A stretch of 64,000 nt of DNA from Hemiscyllium ocellatum (Eukaryota): contig NC_083426.1 of NCBI RefSeq assembly GCF_020745735.1, positions 39,308,001 to 39,372,000 on the forward strand, written 5' to 3'. The first letter of the stretch is position 1, and each line of letters starts with the position of its first letter. The translations under genes and the position numbers were made by a program. This document shows positions 25,701-37,400 of the stretch, piece after piece. The notes below the pieces were generated by a model. That model was not told the origin of the DNA. It searched no databases and worked only from the letters and a program-made list of their open reading frames with translations.

Positions 25701-26426
25701 TCTTAAGATGGCATTATGTGTGGTAACATTGTACATTTTTCACTGTACTCCTGTACTTCTGTACTTAATACACCTGACAATAAAATCAAAATGTCCTTTG
25801 CATCGTCTTTCATGTAATCACATCCTTCCTATAATGAGGAGACAGAACTGTTGCAGTCTATCATTTTATACAATTCCAACACAAACTCCCTGCTAATCCA
25901 GTTTAGATTAGCTGTAACAGCATAAAAAGACCTCCCCTAGAGGATGTTGGTCCTGTTCCTGTTCTGATGTAACCTGTTCAACTTGTACTATTTCCATGTC
26001 CTCCAAAAATGGTCCCATCCCACATCAGAAATCTGAATCCTTCCTTCCTGCACCATCTCTCCACTGACATATTAATACAGTCATAGAGATATAGAAATAC
26101 AACAGAGAAACAGACCCTTCAGTCCAACTCGTCCATGCTGTCCAGATATCCTAACCTAAGCTAGTCCCATTTGCCAACACTTGATCCAAATCCCATAAAA
26201 CACTTTCTATTCATATACCCATCCTGATGCATTTTAAATGGTGTAATAGTACCAGCCTCCACTTCCTCTGCCACCTCATTCCATACGACACCACCTTCTC
26301 TATGTACTCTTCTATTCCTGTATACACTACTGCATAACACCAGAAGTAATCTTTGAACTGTGGCTTTTGAATTTCCTATGTAACTCTCTGAAGTCTGCTT
26401 GTAGGACCTCTTTACTCTAGTCAAAG

Positions 26427-27140
26427 TGTGGGAAATAGAACCCACTCACTTCACTAATTTCATTCCAAGACAAGATCTGAAGCAGCAGTATCGTTTATTA
26501 TAAACTTGCAAGCTTGGTGTCTAAAATAGACACACAGAGTTTAGTAAGTACATATCTTATATACAATTTATTTCTCTTTTACTCCTCCCCCGCTTATTCC
26601 ACTGCTCCTCCCCTGTTTATATCTCCCACTTCTCTCAGCCTGGCGCCCATTACTGTTGTTTATCTCTTGCCTTATCCAGCCTTTTTGCCTGGCCATTTCA
26701 CCACATCCTGCTGTGGTCCATTGTTATATATCTTCCTCCACTGCCATCTGCTTCCTTGCTTGCTAAAGCAATATTTCCTTCCATTCTTTGCCCATACTGA
26801 GCCTTATGGCCTCTTGATTATGGTCTTTTTTGTCTTTGCAGAAGTGGGAAACAGATGCTTATAACTAATGCTGGTACAAGCATATCTAGCTTAACCTACA
26901 CTCCCTCCCCTCACAGCACCTTATCTATTTGTCTGTAACATCTATCATTGTTTGCAGGCACATTTCATTCTTGTATGCACATTTTAGCTAATACAAAAAC
27001 AATTATATATTTCCTTCACGTAGTTTTCATTTTTGTTAACTTAGCTCTTGGTTGAAACAATTATACACAGGTGTGAGTTCATTTACCTTGCATAAGCAAT
27101 TATGATTGCAGAAGTAACACTGCTTTACCTATATCCCATA
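26427..27140 (-). mobile_element. solo LTR (copy 1)
   Basis: Ends TGTGGGA...TCCCATA; AAAG on both flanks; minus-strand AATAAA near the 3' end; homologous to 27322-28049. Confidence 0.8.
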
Positions 27141-27321
27141 AAAGGGCCTGACAAGGACTACAATGTCTGACTCTCTTCACCCTTCCCGTTCAGAATGCCC
27201 TGAGCTTTTCTGTGGCATTTTGTACTTTTGCACCCAAAAGACAACATACCATCCTTGAGTCTGGTCTACAGCCGCAGAAGTGCCTGTTTTCGCCTCTCAC
27301 TAATGAATTCTCGACCACTAT

Positions 27322-28049
27322 TGTGGGATATAGGTAAAGTAGTGTTACTTCTGCAGTTATAATTACTTATGCAAGGTAAATGAACTCACACCAGTGTGTA
27401 ATTGTTTCAACTAAGAGCTGAGTCAACTAGAATGCCAACTATGTGGAGGAAATACATAATTGTTTTTGTATTAGCTAAAATTGTATGCAAGAATGAAACG
27501 TGACTGCAAAACAATGTTAGATATTACAGGCGAATAGATAAGATGCTGTGAGGGGAGGCAGTTAAGCTAGATATGCCTGTACAAACAGTAGGCATAAACA
27601 TCTGTTTCCCACTTTTGCAGAAACACAGGAACAAACCCCAATTAAAAGGTCATAGGGATCAGTATGGTTGGCGAAAGCACAGATGGAGGGAGTAGATAAT
27701 GGTGAAGAAAGGATGTACCTAATAATGAGTCACAGCGGGATGTGGTCAAACAGCCTTGAGAGGCCAGAAATAAGCATTTTGTCACAGACAAGGCCAGATA
27801 AGGCAAGAGATAACCAGGAGTAATGGGTACTGGTCTTAGAGAAGTGGAAGATGTAAATAGGGAGGAGCAATGGGATAAATAAAATAGGAACACAATTACA
27901 TAAATATCATGTATTTGTTGAATTCAGTGTGTGTTTGTCCCTGCATTGTGGACATCGCACCCACTTGCAAGTGTGAAATAAATGACGCTACTGATTCAGA
28001 TCTTGTCTCAGACTGAAATTATTGAAGTGAGTGAGCTTTATTTCTCACA
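27322..28049 (+). mobile_element. solo LTR (copy 2), 728 bp, 5-bp TSD
   Basis: TGTGGGA...TCTCACA; TSD ACTAT at 27317-21 and 28050-54; AATAAA at ~27977. Confidence 0.85.
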
Positions 28050-28149
28050 ACTATTGTCCTTCCATATTTCTTCCTCACACCCCCAGACCACCCAGTGTAC
28101 CACAGCCGTGGCCCTGGCTGACATCCACAAAGGGATCCTCTGACTGCAG

Positions 28150-28430
28150 ATGTAGTGTTTACTCCGGTTGATCACCCCATGTTGGTCCCTGGGCAACGAT
28201 ACATCGTCCCGTCCGCTGGATGGCGCTGTCACGGAACAGCGATGAGTCTTCCTAACCGCTGGTCGGCGCTGTCAATGAACAACGTTGGTCTTCCCGGCCG
28301 CTGGTCGGCACTGTCCCCGGCGTCATTATTAAGTGAGTGGCCTGCGCATGCGTGCTGGGAGAGTGAAGGGTAGTTGTTGGTGTGCGTGGACCTGTTTAGA
28401 GAGGATCTGCACTCCTAGTTTCTCCCAGCA
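28150..28430 (+). promoter_or_regulatory. CpG-rich promoter and 5' UTR of cyb5r1
   Basis: Local CpG enrichment in a CpG-depleted window; NRF1-like TGCGCATGCGTG at 28343-28354; RFX X-box-like GGTCCCTGGGCAAC at 28184-28197; three CTCF-like 18-mers at 28213, 28256 and 28298. Confidence 0.8.
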
Positions 28431-28445
28431 ATGGGATATTCACTG
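28431..28445 (+). CDS. cyb5r1: cyb5r1 exon 1 coding part (MGYSL)
   Basis: GCAATGG Kozak context just downstream of the CpG-rich promoter; CTG|gttagt donor; phase 0 fits exon 2; analogous to the 5-codon first exon (MGIQT) of human CYB5R1. Confidence 0.82.
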
Positions 28446-31400
28446 GTTAGTGAGATTTGTATCTTCGGGGTATTTAGTTCATGGATTAACAAACTTCTTT
28501 CAGTCGAAGCTAGTGGAACAGCACAACCGGCTTTAACTGTAGAGTCGGTGAGGGTGGGGCTGGTCTCTGCTGGAGACGTTCGTCTGTAAATAGTTGTCAG
28601 TGAATATAACCCTGGGCTAGTTTTGTGCAAGTTACTGCTTTATTTTTGTTGCAAAATGTCTTCCTTTCATTGCTATTGTTGTTTATGCCCATTTATAATC
28701 AGGTCTGTAAAACCTGCCATGGTTATTTTGGGTTGCTGCTTTTGCTGTTGGTGACTCTGACCCATGCACAGGAAAAATGTTGGTATATTGGAACGAAAAC
28801 TTTCATGTCTGATTTCGTCTAATTGGGTGCGGGGGGGGGGGGGGGGGGGGGGAGGGATACTCCCTGCATTCATATACACTCACACATACTTGACTAGTGG
28901 GTGGATCATAATGAAGAATATTGCCAAAATGCCAGAGGGTTTAAAAATGTCCCTCTGGCAGTGTGTCCTTGAAATCTGTTTGAAAGTTCTTTGTCCTTAA
29001 GGAATGACCTTGCATGTATCTGAAAATAGTTTTATGGTTAATGTTAACTTAGAGTTGGATTTTGCAATACTGTTTACTTGATTGCACTGCAGTAACTTGC
29101 TTCAAGTGCTTTGTAGAATCATTGATGAAATGAATGTTATGACTGGAAAATGCTAATAATACCCTGATTTCAATTTAAGTTCAATATTGAAATATTCTGC
29201 TATTTTACTAAATTGTATTTTTGGGTGAAGGGCTGCCATTGAAAATTATTGAAGACAGTGCTGACTACATGTAAAGCAGTGAGAAGAAAATGTGCCAGTG
29301 TGAACAAAGAACAATTAGTCTTTGCATCTCACTGCCATATTTTGTTCAAATTGCTTTATGCAATCTGGTGCACTTTTTTCCCCCTATTGTTCTTATTGAC
29401 ATTGGGGCGATTTATGGTTTTTCCATTTGTTTTAAATCCCAGTTTGTGTATCATGTGAGAAAATATCCTGTCAATTATTTCTGTTCCACAAAGCAGCTCT
29501 GATATTTATTGCTAGGTCTACTGTAAGTATGTTGAAGAAATCAAGTCACATTTTTGACATGTCATGGACCCAGTTCACTCCTGATTTGGTTAATGCTGTG
29601 GCTTGAGCCTGCTGTAGTGCCAGGCACCCCACATTTCTGCCTAATTCAAGCCTAGTCTTGAGTGTGGGCATTTTGAGGTCTTTTCTACCTAGGTTAAATT
29701 CAGTGATAACTTCCTTTTTTATTTTAACACTCATTCTTTCTATTTGGCAAGTCATAGGTGTTTTTCCTCAGATGTATTGATTCTATTTTGAATTGCAAAA
29801 TGGCTTCCCACATAATTATTAACAGTTTCTCCTCAAACTGACCAGGAAGACAGCACAGTGAAATAACTATGATGACTACCATTTGAATGTAAAAGTGACA
29901 ACTGCTGAATGGATGTATGACTGTCATTTTCTTAGGTATCGATTACAAAGCAGAAGGTCTTTTGTGATTTCTGTAGTATAACAATTTTAATTCACTATGG
30001 AATCAATTTTTAAGATAATTAAACAGCAAGGTGCTTGTTGATATATTCTCCAAATTATTTTCCATTAATTTCCTTATTGTATCCTTATTGTGCATTTTCA
30101 TTATGATGAATGGAAACAGAAATAAGCCCTGCAAATGAAAACTAAGGTATACATGAAAATATCAGTCACAGAATGATTAGGGGTTTAGATAGGGTTGCCC
30201 ATGAGAATCTTTTTCCACATATGGAGTCAGATATTGCGAGGGGGCATAGCTTTAAATTAAGGGGTGGTAGGTATAGGACTGATGTTAGGGGTAGATTCTT
30301 TAATCAGCGAGTCGTGAGTTCATGGAATGCCCTGCCAGTAACAGTGGTGGACTCTCCCTCTTTATGGGCATTGGATAGGCATATGGAGGAAAGTGGGCTA
30401 GTGTAGGTTAGTTGGGCTTGGATCGGTGCAACATCGAGGGCCAAAGGGCCTGTACTGCGCTTTATTTTTCTGTTCTATGTTCTAGAAGAACAGTGTGAGT
30501 TAAGACCATCAGATGTAGGAGCAGAAGTAGGTCATTCAGCCCATCACGTCCACTGGCTGTTTCATGGCTGATCTAATAATCCACAACTACACTTTTCTGT
30601 CTTTTCCCCATAACCTGTTTCTCTCCTCTTTGAACATATTTAGTTGCACAGCCTCTACACTCCTCTGGATTCCACAGATTGACTCTCTTCTGAAAGAAAT
30701 CTCTCCTCATTTCTGTCTGAGTAAGCACTTAGTTTTGAAATTATGCCATTTGATCCTAGACTCTCTCACGAAGGGATACAATCTCCCAACATCTACCTCC
30801 TAAAAACCTTGTGTTTCAATAAGGTTACCTATCGTTCCTTCTAAATGTCAATAAGTACTTAAACTCTTAAGGATATTCCTCCATACATGGGATCAACCCT
30901 AGTGAACCTTCTTTGCACTGTTTCCAATGCCCATATAACAGTAGTTCAGTAGTCCAGCTGTGGTTTAAATTTTAAGACTTGTATATTTGATTCCCTTAGA
31001 AATAAAGGCTAGCATTCTATTTACCATCCCTCTTACCTGCTAAACTTATATGATAGTTTCTTTTTGTGTGCAAGAATTCTGTGCAGCAACATTCTGCAGT
31101 CTTCCTCCATTTTAAATAATGCTCAGCTCCTCCATGTCTTCCTGCTGTAGTGCTTAACCTCACATTATCCTACATTATATTCTAAGTTTTTGTCTGCTCA
31201 ATTAATGTCAGTTTTCTTCTGCAGACAATGTATCATTGTCACCATGTCTTACCACCACAAACTTGATTGAGCTTTTTTTTAAAGAGGCAACTTTCAAAAA
31301 AAAAATTGAGGGCAGAGTAGTAAATGTTGTTTACGTGCACTTTAGTAAAGCCTATGGTAAGGTTCCGCATGGTAGACTAATTCCTAAAGTTAATCATATA

Positions 31401-34400
31401 GGATTTGGGGAGAGCTTGCCAATTCGATACAAAATTGGCTTTATGGTAGAAGGTTGGGTGGCAGAGGGCTTTTTTTTTGGACTGAGGGGCCTGTGACCAG
31501 TGGAATTCCACAAATATCAGTACTGGGTCCACTTTTGTTTGTCACTTATGTAAGCATTTAGATGAGACTTCAGGCGACTTGGTTAGTAAGTTTGCAGATG
31601 CCACCAAAATAAAATTGGTGGGAGAGTGGACAGTGAAAACGGTTATCTAAGATTAAAAGCGATTTTTGATTAATCTCAATCAGGTGAGGAGTGGCAGATG
31701 GAGTTTGATTTGGATAAATTTATGGTATGGAATTTAGTAAAACAAGCAAGGGCAGCACTTATACAATTTATTGTAGGACCCTGGATAGAGTTGCAGAAAA
31801 GAGACCAAGGGTTTCAAGTACACAGTCTTTAAAATTTGTGTCACATTATGGACAGGATAGTTGAGGCATTTAGTGCACTTACCTTCATTGTTCACTCCTT
31901 TTTAAATATTGGAGTTAGGATGTCATGTTGAAATTGTAAATGATATTGTGGAGGCCTCTTCTCGAACACTGTGTTCAGTTCTGGTTGCCCTGCTTTGGCA
32001 AAGGTATTATTAAATTCGAGTGTTCAGAAATATTAACTTAGATGTTGCTGGGAATGGAAGGTTTGAGATATAAAGATCGACTGGGACTATTTTCACTGAA
32101 GGGTCAGAAGTTGAGAGGTAACCTTATCGAGGTTTATAAAATCATGAGGGGCTTAGATAAGGTGAATAGCAGGGGTCTTTTCCCTTGGGTGGGGTGTTCC
32201 CAACTCTGGAGCATATTTTTAGGGTCAGAGGAGAGAGATTTAAAAAGAACAAGGGCAACTTTGTTTTGCAGTGTGGTTCGTATGTGGAACAATCTGCTAG
32301 AGGAAGTGGTGGATGCAGGTGCAGTTATAATGTTTAAAAGACATTTGAATAAGTACAAGAATAGGAAAGGTTTGTAGGCAAGTGGGACTAGTTGGACTGA
32401 AGGATCTGTTTCCATTCTGTATAACTGTTTTTGTGTTATCTGCAAACTTGGTTAAAGTGTATTCACTTTGCTCATCCAAGTCATTAATATATTTCCACAG
32501 TGGCATTCCACCAGTTACAAGTTGCTGTCCTGAAAATGACTCCCATTAACCCACTCCCTTGCTTCTATTAGTTAGTCAATCTTCTGTCAGTGCTGATGGG
32601 CTCTTATCTTTGACACATGCAGGGAATAGAGGGATACGGGCCATACGTAGACATGGGATTAATTTATAATGGTGATATGTTCAGCATAGATGTGATGGTT
32701 TGAAGAGCCAGTTCCTGAAATGTATTATTCAATGTTTTAAAGTAATCAACATGCGGTATCTTATCAAATGCCTTCTGCAAATCCAAATATATTCAAGTTC
32801 TAAATCTTCAAAACCATAAAATGTGCAGACGTTGGTGCAGGTATTGTGTTAAAATTTGTAAATTTATCAGTTTACAAAAGCCATGATTCCAGGATGTTAC
32901 CAACTTGGTAGATGGAACCTAATATGGGAAAATGTGAGGTTATGATATTTGGCAGCAAGAATAGAGGAGCTGAATGTTATTTAATTATCCATGAGTCAAA
33001 TATGTTACTGACTGCAGAGTATTCTGAAGGGTGAAGGCAAACAGTCAGTGATGGTTGTTCGTCTAGGTACCAACAATATAGATAAGAATGAAGTCCAGAA
33101 ATAAGAATTTAGGGATTTGGAATTTAAAAAGCAGATCGAAAGGTAGGACCTCAATGTTTAGTTTCTGGATTGCTCCCAGTGCCACACATTGGTGAGTATA
33201 GGAATTAACAGAGCAGATTAATGCAATTCTGAAGAATCCTGGTACAAGATAGAGGGCTTTAGATTTTTGGATCACTAGGTTTGCTTCTGAAACAAATCAT
33301 ATAGGTTGCACCAGGACCATAACACTTCCAACATCTTTGCAAGATGGTTTGCTAGTGCTATTGGTGGGGGGGTTTAAACTCATTTGGCAGGGAATGAGGT
33401 ATTGAGTGGAGGTACATTAAGGGTTAATGCACAAACAAGTATAGAAAAATCCAGTCAGTCTGGAAGGTGTAGCATATATACTCGAGTTTAAGGCATAAGG
33501 GGGCACTTGCATTTGCATTATTGCAAGGAATCTCAAGGAAAGCAAATAAACTGTTGATGAACTGTACTAATATGACATTGCTATCATCGTGCCTTGGTTG
33601 ATAGTGGGTAGAACTGGCAGGTTCAATATTTTGGGATATAGAATTTTCAAGTGAGATGGGGATTGGTGTAAAAGAGGAGTTGGTGGTCTCAGTCTCAGTC
33701 TTGATTTAAGGTGTCTGTTAATAAGTTGAGACATGATATCTTGAAATGCTCTTCAAATGAGGCCATATGAGTAGAATTTCAAAAAGCCGTGATCACATTG
33801 GGAGTCTATGACAGACCCCATAATAGTCAGGGACTGTAAGAAGAACAGGTATGTTGGCAAATATCAGAAGTCTAAAAATAGGGTGGTAAAAGAAACTGCT
33901 TCAGATTCTTCAATATTAACTTCGACAAAATGTGAAAGGCTTAATGGGTGTGGAATTCTTTAAACTGCATCCATGAGAGCTTTTAAATTCAGCACATAGA
34001 AAGTCCTATAAGAGGGAGTGGAATAAACTGGCTAAGTGACACAAGTGTGACATGTGTTTGTGTTAATGACCATAACTCCAGTTAAATTTGAGGTAGTTAT
34101 GGAAAAAGATAGACAGACCAGAAATAGAGATTTTGAATTCTCCACAGGGTTGGAGGACAGCTAATGTGGTACCATCATTCCAGTGTGGCAGGGAATAAAC
34201 CAGGAAATAACAGGCTGGTGAGTCTAACATCTATTGTAGGGAGAGTATTGGAAAAACATCTTGAGGGACAGAATTAATCTCTGCTTAGAGAGGTGAAGAT
34301 TAACCAAGGATAATTAGTGTGGCGTTGTCAGGAGAAATCGTGTCTATCAAATATTGGGAGATGGGGACTTGGTTTGTAGATGAGGGCAATGTAGTTGATT

Positions 34401-37400
34401 ATATTATACGTGGACATGAGTAAGGATTTTGCCAAGGTCTTGAATGGGAAATTGGTCAGGAAGGTAAGAGACCATGGATCCACAATGTTTTGGCATTTTA
34501 AATACATAATTGTTTCAGTGCTTGGAGGCAGAGGGTTATGATTGAAAGCTGGTATTTGCAACTGGAAACGTGTGGCATATGCAGGGTTTAGTGCTGGATC
34601 TCCTGTTTGTAGTGCATGTTAATGATCTGGATATGAATGTAGGAAGAATGATCAGTAAGTTCACTGAGACAAAAATTGACAATATGGTAAATAGCAAGGA
34701 AGAAAGCCTTTGATTACAGGATGATACAGATGGGCTGGTCAGTTGGGCTGAACAGTGGCAAATGAGATTTCATCCAGGAAAGTGAGAGCTGATACACCTT
34801 GGGAGGGCTGACAAGGCAAGGAAGTGTTTGATGAATGATAAGTTCAGAATAACTGATCTCAGTATGCATGCTGATAATCCAAGATGGCAACAGGGCAGAT
34901 CGATAAGATGGTTAAGATGGCAAATGAGACACTTGCCTTTTATTAGTTAAGGCATTGAGTACACAAGTAGGGAAGTCCTGATGGAGCTGTATGAAATGTT
35001 TGTTCGGCCACAGCTGGAGTGCTGATCTGGACATGATTGCACCAGATAAGATGCAGAGGAGATTTGCTGTGATGGTGCCTGGGATGGAGCATTTCAACTG
35101 TGAAGAGATTATGGATAGACTGAGGTAATTTTCATTACAGCAGAAAAGGCTGATTGAAATTTACAAAATTGAGGGGGGTAGATGGGAAGGAACTTGGCTC
35201 CTTAGTAGAGGGGTCAATAGCCCTCTAGACACAGATTTAAGGAAGGGGCAGGAGTTTCAGAGGGGATTTGAGGAAGGATCGGTTCACCCAGAGGGTGGTA
35301 GGGGTAATGCAAATATTGTATCAAATTTGCAAATATATATTTTTGAGGTAATGAGCAAAGCATGTACAAAGCCCCTCTAGTATAGCAGCATGTTAAGTCT
35401 ATGTTTGGCATTGAGCTGCTGTAATTGCTTTACTTGGCTGCACAGTGAACTTTGGTCTCCTGACCAACATCTATTTCGGGTTTTGAACGTAGAAGCAGAC
35501 TTACTCTGCCTCACCGTGCTATTACAAATTTGTCTTACAGCTGCACCTTGATTTTTCTTTGCACTTAGCAAACATTGCATGTAAGAAATGATATCTAGCC
35601 TGCATGTTAGAATGCCCTATTCTGCAGCCACAGCACAAGAAATACTCTGAATTACTTTGGGCGTTACTACATTCAAATTCAAAATGTGTAATTGCTTTGG
35701 GCTGTAGCTATGCAAAAATGCCCTGAATACAAGTTTACTGTTGCCCATTTGGAGATATATCTAGCCCCAATGTATAGCTAGGAATGATGATTCACTCTGT
35801 GGAGCATTCTTGTTCTTCAGCTTTGCTCTGCAGTTGGGACACAATTATCCTCCTGTGAGTTTGCACTAGGTTTTCACCTTAATTTTCTGTCTTGCTCATT
35901 TATATGTGCTGTTATCATTGCTGTTTGTTACAGCCCTTTCTCTTTATACTATTTTTAAAAATCCTATTTAGTTGTCTACAAAATTTTGTATCTGAAACAT
36001 GGGACTTCAAGCCAATTCTCAACTTGTTCACGAGTAGCTTGTATCATAAGGACAGCATTTTGTGATCACATCCTTGGTCTTGGGTAGCAAAAGATCACAA
36101 TTTATTTCACAAGTTTACTGCAGTGTTTTGCTGTTGTTAGGTTCAAATAAAATCTGACTCACTGGACAAGCCTTTATTTTTGGCATTAGGCTCTATCTAA
36201 TGCATTAGAGGACCACAAAACTTGTCTTGAAATGTTAATCATGGGCTTGGGGTTAAAGAATCAAGTTTTTAATAGCAATTGGATGGGGCACTTTGCTTGC
36301 AAATTCCTATCCTTAGCAAGTTTGAAGGTTTTGATACAATGGAATCTGTATTTCCCGCTCTTAAATAGCGACTAGCAATTTTTTAATTTATTTGGGGGAG
36401 GTAAGCAGGCCAGCTAATAATGCCTATCTTTAATTACCTTAAAGAATGAAGTGGTGAGCTGCTGCCTTCCCCTGGGTGTAGTTACACCCTCAGTGTTTAG
36501 GAGTTTGACTTGGCAACAGTGAAGAAGCAGCATGATAATTGCAAATCAGGATGGTGTGTGACTTGGAGATCATGCACCTGATGATGTCACTGTCTATCTG
36601 CTGCCCATATCCTTCCAGGTGCTCGAGGCTACCTCCACTCTGTTCTTTCACCTTTTTGGTCAAGGAATTCCCTACCTACATTCAAGATACAACTCACACC
36701 TCACACCTTTTCCAAAAACTGTTTCCCAGCCCCCAACACCTCATCTTCACCATGGACGTACAGGCCCTTTACGCCATCTAGAAACAGGCCCTTTGGCCTA
36801 TCACATCCACACTGACCCTCCGAAGAATACCCCACCCAGACCCATTCCCCTATCCCATTACTCTACATTTTCCTTGATTAATGCACCTAACCCACACATC
36901 CCTGAACACTAGTGGGCAGTTTAGCATGGCCAAATCACCTAACCTGCACATCTTTGGATTAGGAGAGGAAACCGAGCACCCAGAGGAAGCCCCATGCAGA
37001 CACATGGAGAATGTACAAACTCCACACCGACAATTGCCCAAGGCTGGAATCAAATCCGGGTCCCTGGCACTGTGAGGCAGCAGTACTAGCCACTGAGCCA
37101 CCAGAGAGCTGCCTCCTCTTCCTGTCCTGTAGGCCCGACCAGTCCCCCTCCACTGACCCACTCATTCACCTGACAACTGGTCCTCACCCTCAATAATTTT
37201 TCATTTGATTCCTCCCACTTCCTACAAGCCAAAACCATGGACACCCACATGGGACCGAGCTATTCTTGCCTCTTTGTAGGATTTGTGGAACAGTCCCTCT
37301 TCCACAACTGCACTAGCACCATCCCTCCCCTCTTCTTCTGCTATATTGATGACTGCATCAGTATTGCCTCATGCTCCCTAAAGGATCTTGAGCACTTCAG

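Larger units (their letters stand above)
25925..28070 (-). mobile_element. old CR1 ORF1 (esterase) remnant split by a LINE/SINE tail and two solo LTRs
   Basis: Pieces 25925-26075, 26290-26426, 27141-27321 and 28050-28070 are colinear with ORF1 of the CR1 at 22560-23060. Confidence 0.65.

Noticed and set aside
28213-28315. Regularly spaced repeats superficially like a CRISPR array
   Set aside because: Vertebrate DNA, three degenerate units, spacers similar to each other, no cas genes.
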